A DNA stretch of 64,000 bases, taken from NCBI GenBank assembly GCA_977017645.1, contig OZ360227.1, positions 99,758,001 to 99,822,000 on the forward strand, written 5' to 3'. This document shows, piece after piece, positions 25,585 through 39,200 of this stretch. Numbering within the stretch: the first letter of the stretch is position 1; each line of letters begins with the position of its first letter. Made by a program: the position numbers and the translations under genes. The notes beneath the pieces were generated by a model. It was given only the letters and a program-made list of their open reading frames with translations, ran no database searches and was not told the origin of the DNA. The DNA comes from Torpedo marmorata (taxonomy: Eukaryota).

Positions 25585-25875
25585 ATACCGGCCCCTAATT
25601 ATTATGTTTAAAAAATAATAATTACCATCACAAAGAAAAAAATCAAACATAGTACATAGTAGTATATATCGGTTAAATTACAAAAGAAAATAAAAGTCAA
25701 GTATCAAAGCTTTCTGCCTCTTGCAAAAGACAGATTTGTCCAGGAGGAGTATTAACACACCGACAAACAACACATTTCGACATAATTTTTCTGATTGACC
25801 CAGTGGCACCAGGAATCCAATATTTTTGGCGTAGATTGGATAACATATGGTTGCGACCACTAAGCCCACCTCTTC

Positions 25876-27171
25876 TTTTTTTTTAAATATTTTATTTTCA
25901 TTTTTAACAAACAATAAAACAAAATACTTCAAAAACAGATATCACATTATATAGTAATACAATAAAAGTAACATATATAATTTTTAAAAAACAATTACCC
26001 CAAACCTCCCCCCCCCACAAAGAAAAAAACCCAAAACAAAACAAATGGTTGACAATGTTTATATAATTACTAATTTCAAATATATAAAAGAAAGAAAAAC
26101 TCCAAGGCTTCCCGGCAACAGGGCTTATCACGTGAAGGAAACCAAAACAAATTAATAGCAAATCTTCTTTGATTTAATTTATCCTGACCCCAAATAATCT
26201 AAATAAGGTTGCCAAATTTTATAAAAAATAACCTGTTTGTTTTTAATGTTATACGTAATTTTCTCCAATGGAATACAACTATTTATTTCTGAGGTCCATC
26301 TATCAATAGACAATGGGGAATCTGGCTTCCACGTAGTCATTAAACACTTTCTAGCCACACAAAAAGTTATTCCCAAAAATATAATTTGATATCTGGTTAG
26401 GGTGTCCTTAATAGTAGTAAAATTTCCCAAAAAGCATATCTCTGGATCTAAAATTAGAGTAACTCCAATAACTTTAGATGAGATGTCACAGAGATTATGC
26501 CAAAATTGTCTCAACCTACAGCACAACCATGTTGAATGTAAAAAAGAACCAACCTCCGTTCCACATCTCTGATAATTCTGGTTTAAATTTATGTAATTTC
26601 TGTGGAGTCAAATATAATTGATGAAGAAAATTATAGGAGACCAATCTATAACGTACATTTACAGTAATTAACATACTATTCTGACACAATTCTGACCATA
26701 ATTCTTCATCAATTACTATACCTAAGTCTGATTCCCACCTTATCCTGGACTTATTATGTCCCAATTTAGGCTCTTAATCTTGTAACAATAAATACATTCT
26801 CAAAATAAATTTATACGTATTTCCTTCTTGAAGTATTTTTTCCGCATCTGTCAATGAGGGTAGGACCATATCAGGTCCTAAAGTATTTCTAAGGTATGAA
26901 CGTAACTGAAAATAGCAAAAAAAAGTTCTATTAGGTAAATTATACCTCTCTTTCAGTCCTTCAAAAGACATAAGAAGTCTATTTTCATAACAGTCTTCTA
27001 TATATCTAATTCATTTACTATTCCAAATTTCCATTGCTCTATTATTAAGAGTCATAGGTATAAGTTCATTCTTTCTTAAGGATGTTTTAGGTGACACTAT
27101 CTTTTTAATTCCCAAACCTTCATGGGTATCCCCCCAAATCTTAAGCAAATGTTTTAAAATTGGATTATCAG
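25876..27171 (-). mobile_element. 5'-truncated L1-clade LINE (family D) in the BEL integrase region
   Basis: Poly-T end; NVRYRLVSYNFLHQLYLTPQKL, IPLEKITY, KIWQPYL; flanked by a ~51-bp duplication. Confidence 0.88.
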
Positions 27172-29660
27172 TTTGGCGTAGATTGGATAACATGTGGTTG
27201 CAACCACTATAGCCCACCTCTTCATGAATATGCCAAAGAATCAAATCAGAGATGTAAAGATCCTTGGCCAGTATGACAGGATGTTTCATCTCTTCTGGCA
27301 TTGGTGCTCTGCTCAGTCGCCCACCAACTCTTAATACACCATTCTCCATAATGGGGTTGAGTTTACAAATGTGGCTTGTACTTTTAATATTCATTCCCTT
27401 TCTTAGACTTGAAATTTCATGTGCAAATCTCTTCCTCTGGCAAAAGCAGATTATCTCCATCTCAGCATTAATCAATTCTTCAACTGTGAGACCTCTGTTT
27501 TCTTGAGTCTCAAGATTTTTTGTCTCCTTTTGTGGTAGATCTTTTTGATGGATGTTATCCGATTGAAATTGAGCAGGAACATCACTTGTTTGTTTTTCCT
27601 TTCTGCTACGATTCAGAAGCAGTCTTTTAAATCTGAGCATCCATGCTGTTGCCTTTTTCAAACAATTCCAGGATGAGAAGTAATGGATTAAGTGGGTAAC
27701 TGGATCCATTTGTTCAGACATTATCTGAACAGCATTTGCAGTCTTACTCCTGATTTCAGGGTCTTCTGGTAAAATTTATTTTGATTTATCAGGATTTTGA
27801 GGCCACTCCTTCTGAGGCTGTAGAAGAAGTTGAGGCCCGGGCACCCACATTTTTTTCTTTAGAAAAGACTTGACTTTCAAACCTCGGGAAGCCAGATCGG
27901 CAGGATTGTTAACTGCATTAACATATCTCCACTGTATTGGTAGTGAGACTTTATCAATTTCAGTGATGCTCTTAGCCACAAAAGTTCGAAACCTTGTGGT
28001 TTTATTATTGATGTATTTGAGCACAGAGGAGCTATCAGTCCAAAATATGGTGTCTGTTAGTTCTATCTGCAACTCTTTTTTCAACATTGTGTCCATTCTG
28101 CTCGCCATCGTAGCGGCTGTCAACTCCATTCGTGGGATAGTGGTTGGTTTCAATGGAGCCACTCTAGCCTTTCCCATTGCAAATCCACAATGTACCTGAT
28201 CCTGATTATCATGCAGTAATAGGTAACTAACAGTTCCGTAACCGTCTTCACATGCATCAGCAAAATGATGCAATTAAGCAGATGTCACAGTTCCAAAATT
28301 TGTGGGTTTAAAGCATCTGTCAATCTTTAAGTCTTCCAGCACACGTCCATTCTTGTCCAATGGATTCTGGTATCTCATCATCCCAACCAATCCTTTTCGT
28401 ACACAAATCTTGCAGGATCTTCTTGGCAGTCAGGACAACTGGTGCCAATATTCCTAAAGGATCATATATCAAACTGACTGTTGATAGAATCCCCCTTCTT
28501 GTGAGAGGTCGGTCCTTCAAAATAATTTTGAACTTAAAAACGTCACACTAAACACACCATTGTACACCTAACACCCACTCCACAGGAAGGTTGTCATGGT
28601 CTAAGTCCAAATTCTTCATTTCCTTTGCCCTCTCTCTTTCAGGTATGGCTGCCAATACATGACGACTGTTACTTATCCATTTGGTAAGTAGAAAGCCTCC
28701 TTTGGAACAGATCGCTCTCAACTCCTGATAAAGAGCTCTTGCTCTTCTTCTGTAGCTGCAGAAGTGAGACAGTCATCCACATAGAAGTTATTCCTGATGT
28801 TTATAGCTTGAGAGCTAAATTGTTCCATATTGTCCTCAGCACACTTCCTAAGGGCAAAATGCGCTGAACTTGGTGATGAAGTCGCTCCAAATAGATGTCC
28901 TGTCATTCTGTATTCCACCATGTTCTGACTGTAGTCTCCATCAGGCCACCAAAGGAATCGTAACAAGTCACGGTCTTCATTCGGTACTTTCACCTGGTAG
29001 AACATTGCTTCAATGTCTGCAGTGGTGACAACAGGTTCTTTACAGAATCTAGTTAAGACTCCTATCAACATACTGGTCAAATCTGGACCCTGTAAGAGTT
29101 GAGAATTTAGTGAAACTCCGAGAAAGGTTGCTCCACAGTCAAACACCACTTGAAGCTTTTCCTTTTGTGGTTGCAAAACCCCATGGTGTGGTAAGTACCA
29201 TTATTTACCATCACTACGTTCCAAGATATCATCTGGTACTTTCTCTGCATAACCTTTAAATATCATGTCAGACACGCAGAATGAAAGGAAGAATCTTTCT
29301 AGAATCTTCTCTTTAAATTCAGTGTACGTTGTTTGACAACGCTTCTATTATCAAGCATGCTTATTTCCCTTTTCTTTAAAGGTAATCCAATGCAATAATG
29401 GTCATTAACCAGCTTGGCAGATTTTAACACCGAATCCAAGAACTGCTGGTCTTCCCTTGAAGGTTCTTGGTCGTCCTTGAGGCACTCAAGAAAGTCAATC
29501 TTGAACTGCTGCTCCCTCAGCTCATCAAGTTTAACAATCGATATCTTGTTGATACTTATAGCTGTCTGGTTTTGAACCTCATTTTTTCCTCCTAATGGTC
29601 CATTAATCGTCCAACCAAGCATAGTTTTGACAGAGTAAGGTCCATCTCCCACACTCCTTA

Positions 29661-32600
29661 GAACATAAGAAACCGGCCCATCGAGGCTGCTCCACCATTC
29701 AATAAGATCATGGCTGATCTGATCAATGACCTAACTCCACCTACCTGCCCTTTCCCCATATCCCCTAATTCCTTTTTTATGTAAAAATCTATCCAACTGA
29801 ACCTTAAATATGTTCAATGAAGCAGCCTCAACCGCTTCCCCGGGTAGAGAATTCCAAAAACTCACCACTCTTTGGGAAAAACTGTTTATGCTCATCTCTG
29901 TCCTAAATCAACTCCCCCGAATGTTGAGGCTGTGTCCCTTAGTTTTGGTCTCAGCCGCCAGTGAAAAAAACCTTCCTACCTCTATCCTATCCATCCCCTT
30001 CATAATTCTATATGTTTCTATAAGATCTCCTCTCATTCTTCTGAACTCGAGCGAGTATAATCCCAGACGATTTAATCTTTCATCATAAGTCAACCCCTTC
30101 ATCTCAGGGATCAACCTAGTAAACCTCCTCTGGACTGCCTCCAAGGCCTGTATATCCTTCCTCAAATATGGAGACCAGAACTGCACACAGTACTCCAGGT
30201 GCGGTCTCACCAGTACCTTGTACAGTTGCAACATTACCTCCTTGCTCCTGAATTCATTTCCTCTAGCGATGAAGGCCAACATTCCATTTGCCTTCTTAAT
30301 AACCTGCTGCACCTGCAACCCAATTTTTTGCGATTCGTGCACAAGCACTCCCAAGTCCTTCTGCACAACAGCATGCTGCAGTTTTTCACCATTTAAATAA
30401 TACTCTGATCTTTTATTTTTCTTGCCAAAGTGGATAACCTCGCACATACTAACATTGTACTCCATTTGCCAGACCTTTGCCCACTCACCTAACTTAGCTA
30501 TATCCCTCTGCAGCCTCTCCACATCCTCAGTACAATTTGCTCTTTCACTCAATTTAGTATCATCCGCAAACTTGGCTACACCACATTTTGTCCCCTCCTC
30601 CAAATCATCAATGTAAATGATGAACAGTTGTGGGCCCAGCACCGACCCCTGCGGCACCCCACTTACCACTGTCTGCCAATCAGAAAAACACCCATTTATC
30701 CCGACTCTCTGCCTCCTGTCAGACAACCAATCCTCAATCCATGCCAATATACTTCCCTGGACTCCATTCACCTGTAACTTATTGATAAGTCTCTTGTGTG
30801 GCACCTTATCAAACGCTTTCTGGAAATCCAAATATACAACATCAACCTGTTCCCCTCTATCTACCGCACCCATTATGTCCTCAAAGAACTCTAACAAGTT
30901 TGTCAAACAAGATCTGCCCTTCCTAAACCCATGCTGCGTCTACCTGATTGAACCCTTTTGTTCTAAATGTCTCACTATTTCATCCTTAATGACAGCTTCA
31001 AGCATTTTCCCCAACTACAGACGTTAAGCTAATTTCCCGATAGTTCCCAGTCTTCTGCCTACATCCCTTCTTAAAAAGTGGCGTGACATTTGCTGTCTTC
31101 CAATCTGCCGGACCTGCCCAGAATCCAGAGAATTTTGGTATATGACCACCAATGCATCGACTATAACTTTTGCCATTTCCCTCAGAACCCTGGGATGCAT
31201 TTCATCAGGACAAGGAGATTTGTCCGGCTTTAGTCCCATTAGTTTGTTCATCACTATCTCCTTGGTAACAACTATTTTATCAAGGCCTTCACCAACATTC
31301 GCATCCCTATCTCCACTCTTTGGCATGCTGGACGTGTCTTCCACCGTGAAGACTGACACAAAATATTTGTTCAAGGCCTCGGCCATTTCCTCATTTTTCA
31401 ATATCAATTTCCCCTTCTCATCTTCTAAGGGTCCTATGTTAACTCTAGCCACCCTCTTCCGTTTTATATATTTATAAAAAATTTTGCTATCTGTTTTTAT
31501 ATTTTGTGCCAATTTACCTTCATAATCCTTTCTCCCCTTTCTTATTACCCGCTTTGTTATCCCTTGTTGTCTTTTAAAGTTTTCCCAATCTTCCAGTTTT
31601 ACACTACTCTTTGCAACTTTGTACACCTGAGCTTTTAATTTTATACTCTCCTTTATTTCCTTAGTTAACCACGGCTGACTCTTCCCTCTCTTGCTGCCCT
31701 TATTCTTAACTGGAATATATTTTTGTTGAGCATTGTGAAAAATCTCCGTGAAAATCTTCCACTGTTCCTCAACTGTTCTACCAACTAGCCTGTGCTCCCA
31801 GTCCACGCTGACCAATTCCTCCCTCATCCTGTGATAGTCTCCCCTGTTTAAGCATAATATATTAGTTTTAGATCTAACTATTTCCCCCTCCATCTGTATG
31901 AGAAATTCAATCATACTATGATCACTATTTCCAAGAGGGTCCCTAACTATTACATCATTTATTCTATCTATCTCATTGCACAATACTAGATCCAAAATAG
32001 CATTCACTCTTGTTGGTTCTTTAACATGCTTCTCAAGAAAGCTATCACGGATGCATTCTATGAAGTCTTCTTCCAGACTCCCGCGACCAACTTGATTTTC
32101 CCAATCTACGTGGTAGTTAAAATCCCCCACGACAACTGCCGTTCCATTCTTACATGCCTCACTTATCTCTCTGTTTATTGCCTGTGCCACTGTACTATTG
32201 TTATTTGGTGGGCGATAGACAACACCCACCAGTGATTTTTTTCCCTTTGTTATTCTTAATCTCCACCCAGGTGGACTCAACATTATGTTCCTTAGATCTT
32301 ATATCATCTCGCACTATTGCCTTGAACTCATCCTTGATTAAGAGCGCCACACCTCCTCCTTTACCATCCTGACTATCCTTTCGTACTACCTGATACCTTG
32401 AAAGTTTAATTCCCAATCATGGTCATCTTATAGCCATGTTTCTGTGATGGCCACTAAATCATATGCCTGGGTACCGATTTGCGCGTCAAGTTCACTAACC
32501 TTGTTTCTAGTACTGCGGGCATTCAGATAAAATGCCCTTATGCTCATTGACCTTTTAGAATCTAGTGACTTCTGTATCCTTTGTTTTTGATTTTGATTTT

Positions 32601-33208
32601 TCTGCCCTCTATTTCTCTTTGTCTTTTTCCTAACACTTTCTTTGGTCTCTGTACCACCTTCCTCATTTTTTCTGTGTAGGTTCCCATTCCCCTGCCCTAC
32701 TAGTTTAAACCTTCCCAAACAGCATGAGCAAAAGAACTCCCAAGTACATTTATCCCGCCTCTGCCCAGATGTAGACCATCTGGCCTGTATTGGTCCCAAT
32801 GCTTCAAGAAACTGAAACCTTCCCTCCAGCACCACTGTTCAAGCCACATATTCATTCTGACAATTCTGTTATTTGTATTCTCACTAGCTCGTGGTACTGG
32901 TAATAATCCTGAGATTATTACTTTTGAGGTCCTACTCCTTAATCTATTTCCTAGCTCCCTAAATTCAGCTTGTAGGAGCTCATCTCGCATTTTTCCTATA
33001 TCGTTGGTACCAATATGGACCATGACAGCTGGCTGTTCACCCTCCCCTTCCAGAATGTCCTGCAGCCGCTCCGAGACACCCTTGACCCTTGCACCCGGGA
33101 GGCAGCACACCATCCGGGAGTCCTTTTTGCGGCCGCATAAGCTCCTGTCTGTTCCTCTCACCATAGAGTCCCCAAAAACTATTGCTCTACCTGTCTTTTT
33201 CCTTCCCT
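29661..33208 (-). mobile_element. CR1 LINE (ORF1 SGNH esterase + ORF2 APE-RT) inserted in BEL
   Basis: VCCLPGARV, HIGTNDIG, DGLHL; YLNARS, AITETWL, SDHSMI; SGVPQGSVLGP, KFADDT; tcttatgttc tail. The BEL frame reads DMIR|SVGDGPY across the insertion, with ctta repeated. Confidence 0.93.
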
Positions 33209-35777
33209 CTTATCATATCTAGTGGTTCCAGAGCTTTTGGTACATCTGAACCAATCAGCAACTCTATCTCAGAGTTGATTTTGCGTAAACAAACGTTTTT
33301 CAAATGCGTCCACGGTTCAATGTCGTTTTGATGTGGGATGTTTCCTTTATGCACAGGCATAGTTTTCTGAGCATATACGCCTGGGAGTTCACAAAAATCT
33401 TTACTATCCAGTCCAGTGATCTCTAGGCCCAAAACAATGTTGGTTTCAATGATTTTAACTTGACCTATAGTTCTCAATAGAATTTTTGACCTTCTTCCTT
33501 GAAGATTAAGCTTATTCATTAGCCCCACAGTGCAAAATGACGCAGTGCTTCCTGGGTCAAGAAATACATAAGTATGCACTATTGCACTTCCTTTTTTGGC
33601 CTTGACTTGTACAGGCACTATTAAAAGTTTGCAGTTGTTCTCACCGGCCCCAGTAAGTCCATTTGTCTGTACCAAGGCTTCAGCACTGTTTTCATCTGCT
33701 TCTTTTCTTGCTGTTTGTTCCTTTTCCGTATTCTTCTTTTCTTGGAAGATATGTAGCATTTTGGGATGCACACAACTGTGCACACTTTTCCAAAGCATGC
33801 TTATCGTTACAGAACAAACATTTCTTCACAGCAGGCAAACTTTCCTTTTTCCTTTTTCTTAATTTCTTTATCCAGGGAGGTGCCAAATGTACTTTTTTTC
33901 AATTTTGTTTGAGGTGGAATCTTGAAACTTTTCACCTCTTTGCTCACCTTTGGAATATCCTTGATATCTCCAAATCCTGGTACAGTTGCAATCTGCACGT
34001 GCCATTCCAGGAAATCCATAATATCTTCAAAAGTAGAATTTTGTCTACATTTTATCTGAAGTTCGCAAACCCTTGCTCTCCACAAATCCCTCAGCCGGTA
34101 AGGCAACCTCAGTGTGTTGGTTAACATATTACGAAACATGTTAAGCTCACGCATGTTGTCAATATCTTCCATGGCATTACAACATCCTCTTAAAAAGAGA
34201 GCGTATGCTTGTAAAGCCTTTGTGTCATCCGATTTTATTGATGACCATGAAAGAGCCTTCTCTGCATAATCTGTCACAATTCTATGCCTGTTGCCAAAAT
34301 GCTCTTGCAGTAAAGCCCTTGCCTTCAGGAATCCCTTTTCTGGATCCATATGTAGGCAACTCCTTACAAGTTCCTTTGGCTGTCCCTCAGCATACTGTTC
34401 CAGATAATAAAGACGATCTCTGGCATTTTTATTCTTGCTTTCAATATTGTGTTCAAAAGATTTAATGAACGCTTGATACTGAAGTGGGTCTCCATCAAAA
34501 ATTTGAATCTCCTTCTTGAGCAGGGAATAGAGACCTTGTTGCTGAATTAATAAAGCAGTCATTTCATTTTGTTTTCCCATGATTGACAATATATTGCCCT
34601 GTTCATCGTTGCTTTGTCCACCCAGATTTCTGTTACCTGACGGGAGTGGCAAGTATTCTGCATCACTTGGGGTCATTATTGGGGTTTGAGATCTGGCACC
34701 ACCGTGCCTTAACCTGATTTGTTCGGGTCCATACATGTCTCGTAACCGTGCCACTGGCTCTACTTTGGTATTAAATATTTTATTTTTCTGTTGTCCTACC
34801 TCAAAACGTGACTCCAAAACGTTAGACGCTTTAGATAATTTACTTCAAACACCAGATAACACCAGAGCCTTCTAGTACCCTCGCCCTGGCCTGATTAACA
34901 GCAATTTTTGTATCCAGTTGCAGTTGATCCTTTTGCCTTTTTAGCTGCACTAGGCTTCTCCTTATCCACTCCTCCTGCTCTTCTAAGGCCAATTTATTTT
35001 GAAGCAATTCTTTTTCTGCTTCAAGAGCTGCCGCGTCAGTCCGAACCTTTAAATGTGTAGATATAGTACTTGAAATGCTGGAGCTTGCTCTAGAACTCCT
35101 CCTGCTTCCAGTATTTGACGGACTATCACCTGATAGTTTATCATTCTCTATTTCAGATGTCGCCTTAATATCTGACTTTGTCTCCACGCTGGATTGCCCA
35201 TCCTCCACACCACCATCTTGTGGCACACCTTCAAACAATACCAAGTGCTCTTAGATTCTGTTGATGTTTTTTGCAGTAATTCTGTGGGATTTGTATTCCC
35301 AGCAGCTGTAACCTTCTTTCTTTCTATTGCCTCTATCAGTCTTGCTTGAAGAGTAGTTTTGGCTCCACTTGAATCTAATCCCCGCCATTGCAATTCTTCT
35401 TTAAGTTCCTTGACCTTCATCTCCTCGACACGTAGCTTCTCAGGGGCAGCAGCTTCAGTGGCGGCTGCCATATTATCCTTCTCCATCCAGCCGACCTTTG
35501 CACTCAGGCATCAAACATGCACAACAATAACACAAAAACCAAAACAGTCCTCAAAGGACAAGCGGCAGTTTCTCCAAACTGCGTTCTAACTTGCAATAAA
35601 CACACAGAAGGAATCCTTCAGTAAGGCTTATCGCTTCTTCAATGGCCTTGATGATGCTGTTGACAATCGTACCTCCTTGAGTTCGAAATGCTCTAAACAG
35701 AGCCCACTCGATCCAGTCCAAATTCCAAATCAAATTTCCACTTTCTATTGTCTAAATTCCTTTTCTATTGACTTAAT

Positions 35778-36164
35778 TGTAGCGACTACTTTGCTTTATA
35801 GTCGCTTGGAGGATATCAGAAAGTTGTTGTTGTCTATGACTCATTCAAACAAATTCGTACTAAAGTTAAATTGAGTTTTCAAAAGTTTATTAAACGATAT
35901 TAAACATTGTTAACGTTATTATCAGTTGCTATACGTTGCTACAAGCCGTTAAAACGTTGTTAGACGTTCAATAGGAATTGTCGGAACTTTTCCGATCCCT
36001 CCATTTCGCAGAACAAAAGAACTAAAACTGAGCATGGCCGAGAAACCAGCCATAACCTTGGCTCAAAGATGTTGCTAGGAGACAGCATAAAAATATATTA
36101 AACAACATCCAGAAAGCCACTAACAGAACTGCTTGCGAGCTTGAAATCCATTTTAACCCTTACA
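35778..36164 (-). repeat. 5' LTR of BEL element
   Basis: Direct repeat of 25182-25584, roughly 5-6% substitutions by eye plus one ~18-bp indel. Confidence 0.95.
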
Positions 36165-36279
36165 GTGATGTCATGTATGTACTCTGACAATATATCTGAA
36201 TCTGAAATATGGCAACTTATCAAAATGCCTTTGGAATTCTATGTACACTGTGTTCACAAGTTATCCTTTATCTCTGCGA

Positions 36280-39200
36280 CAGTTTATTTCTTCAAGGAGC
36301 ATTGTAAGAAAGGTGGATGAGCTTAGAGTATGGATCGATACCTGGAAATATGATATTGTAGCCATCAGTGAAACTTGGTTGCAGGAGGGGCATGATTGGC
36401 AGCTAAATATTCCTGGATTCCGTTGTTTTAGGCGTGATAGAACAGGGGGGATAAAAGGTGGAGGAGTCACATTGCTTGTTAGAGAAACCATTACAGCGGT
36501 GCTATGGCTGGATAGATTGGAGGGCTCATCCAGTGAGGCTATTTGGGTGGAATTGAGGAATGGGAAAGGCATGAAAACACTAATGGGAGTGTATTATAGA
36601 CCACCGAATGGGCAGAGGGAATTAGAAGAGGAAATTTGTAAGGAGATAGAATATATGTGTAATAAACATAAGGTGGTGATTATAGGTGATTTTAACTCTC
36701 CACATATTGACTGGGACGCCCATACTGTAATAGGGCTGGATGGGTTGGAGTTTGTCAAATGTGTTCAGGAAAGTTTTCTAAATCAATACATAGAAGAACC
36801 GATGAGAGAGGGGGCAGTATTGGATCTCCTATTTGGGAATGAGATAGGTCAGATGACAGAGGTTTGTGTTGGGGAACACTTTGGGTCTAGTGATCATAAT
36901 ACTATTAGTTTTAGGTTGATAATGGAGAAGGATAGGGCTGGGCCTAAGGTTGAGATTCTTGATTGGAATAAGACAAATTTCAAGTAGATGAGGAAGGATT
37001 TAGAGGGTGTGGATTGGGATAATTTATTTTTAGGGAAGGATGTCACAGATAAATGGAGGATATTCAAAGGGGAAATTTTGAGAGTACAGAGTCGGTTCGT
37101 CCCTGTGAGGATTAAAGGAAGAGTTAGAAAATATAGGGAGCCTTGGTTTTCAAAGGATATTGGGAATTTGGTTCGGAGGAAGAGGGATGTGTACAACAGG
37201 TATAGACAGCAGGGAATAGATGAGGTCCTTGAGGAATATAAGGAGTGTAAAAAAAATCTTAAGAAAGAAATTAGAAAGGCTAAAAGGAGATATGAGGCTG
37301 CTTTGGCAGGCAAGGTAAAAATAAATCCAAAGGGTATCTACAGGTACATTAAAAGCAAAAGAATAGTGAGGGATAAAATTGGGCCCATTGAGGATCAGAC
37401 AGGTAGGCTATGTGAGAAGTCAGAGGAGATGGGGGAGATTTTAAATGAATTTTTTTCTTCAGTATTTACAAAGGAAAGGAATATTGAGCCAGGTGAAGTA
37501 AGGAAATCTGGCAGTGAGGTCATGGATAATATAAAGATTAATGAGGAGGTAGTATTGGCTATTTTAAAGAGTATAAAGGTGGATAAATCTCCAGGTCCTG
37601 ACAGGATATTCCCGAGGACCCTGAGGGAGTTTAGTGTACGAATAGTGGGGGCTCTGACAGAAATATATAAAATGTCACTGGCCACGGGGGAGGTGCCGGA
37701 GGATTGGAGGGTAGCTCATGTTGTCCCGCTGTTTAAGAAGGGCTCCAAAAGTAAACCTGGAAATTATAGGCCTGTGAGTCTGACATCGGTGGTAGATAAA
37801 TGAATGGAGAGTGTTCTTAGAGATGGTGTATACAGTTATTTGGAAAGACAAGCATTGATTAGGAGTAGTCAACACGGTTTTGTTCGTGGTAGATCATGTT
37901 TAACAAATCTCATAGTGTTTTTCGATGAGGTTACCAAGAAGGTTGACGAGGGGAAGGCTGTGGATGTTGTCTATATGGACTTTAGTAAGGCATTGACAAG
38001 GTTCCGCATAAGAGGCTAGTTAGGAAGGTTCAAGCATTAGGTATTAACGACAAAGTAGTGAAATGGATTCAACAAATTTGGATAGGAGATGCCAGAGAGT
38101 GGAAAATTGTTTGTCAAATTGGAGGCCAGTGACTAGTGGAGTGCCTCAGGGATCGGTACTGAGTCCATTGTTGTTTGTCATATATATTAATGATCTAGAT
38201 GATAGGGTGGTAAATTGGATTAGTAAGTATGCAGATGATACGAAGAGGGACAGTGAAGAGAGACTGTGTGGCTGTGTGGCCAGGCACAATTCCAATGCCA
38301 TATACAAGTTTTCCGATGATACCACAGTTGTCGCCAGAATCACTAACGGCAATGAGGAAGCGTACAGGAGGGAGATAGATCAGCTCGTTGAATGGTGTAA
38401 TGACAACAACCTTGAGCTCAACGTCAGCAAAACCAAGGAGATGATTGTGGACTTCCGGATGAAGTCAGGGGAACACGACCCAGTCCTCATCGAGGGCTCA
38501 GTCGTGGAGAGGGTCAAGAACTTCAAATTCCTGGGTGTCAACATCTCCGAGGATCTGTCCTGGAGCATCCACGTGGATGCAATCACAAAGAAGGCTCGTC
38601 AGCGGCTATACTTTGTGAGGTGTTTGCGGAGATTCGGTATGTCACCAAAGACTCTTGTAAACTTCTACAGGTGTACCGTGGAGAGTATTCTGGCTGGTTG
38701 CATCACTGCCTGGTATGGTGGCGCCAACTTCCAGGACAAGAGTAAACTCCAGAAGGTTGTTAACTCGACCTGTGACATCACAGGCACCAAACTTCACTCC
38801 ATCGAGGACATCTACATGAGGCAGTGTCTTAAAAAAGCAGCCTCTATCCTCAAGGACCCCCACCACCCAGGCCATGCCCTCTTTACTCTGTTTCCATCGG
38901 GGAAAAGGTACAGGAGCCTAAAGATGAGCACTCAACGGCACAAGGACAGCTTCTTCCCCGCTGCCATCAGATTCCTGAATAATCAATGAACCAAAGACAC
39001 TACCTTACTTTTCGTGCACTATTGTTTATAATTTTGTATAGTAATGTCCTTAGATGGTTAATATGAATGTTACTTGCACTATGATGCTGCCGCAAAACAC
39101 CGAATTTCATGACTTGTTCATGACAATAAATTCTGATTCTGATTCTGATTCTGATTCTGATATCTAAGCTTGCAGGGGGATATAGGACAGTTAGAAGAGT

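Larger units (their letters stand above)
25182..36164 (-). mobile_element. BEL/Pao LTR retrotransposon, decayed, with nested L1 and CR1
   Basis: Two TG...CA LTRs; 5-bp TSD gtgat (25177-25181 / 36165-36169); PPT aattaggggccggtat; Gag (IQIFDGDPLQYQAF, CLFCNDKHALEKC), protease (FLDPGST), RT (NFYVDDCL), Pao RNase H (HHFADACEDGYG), integrase HHCC, in BEL order. Confidence 0.95.

Noticed and set aside
27011-27721. 236-aa BEL-L1 fusion ORF as a novel protein
   Set aside because: Accidental in-frame junction inside a multiply frameshifted element.
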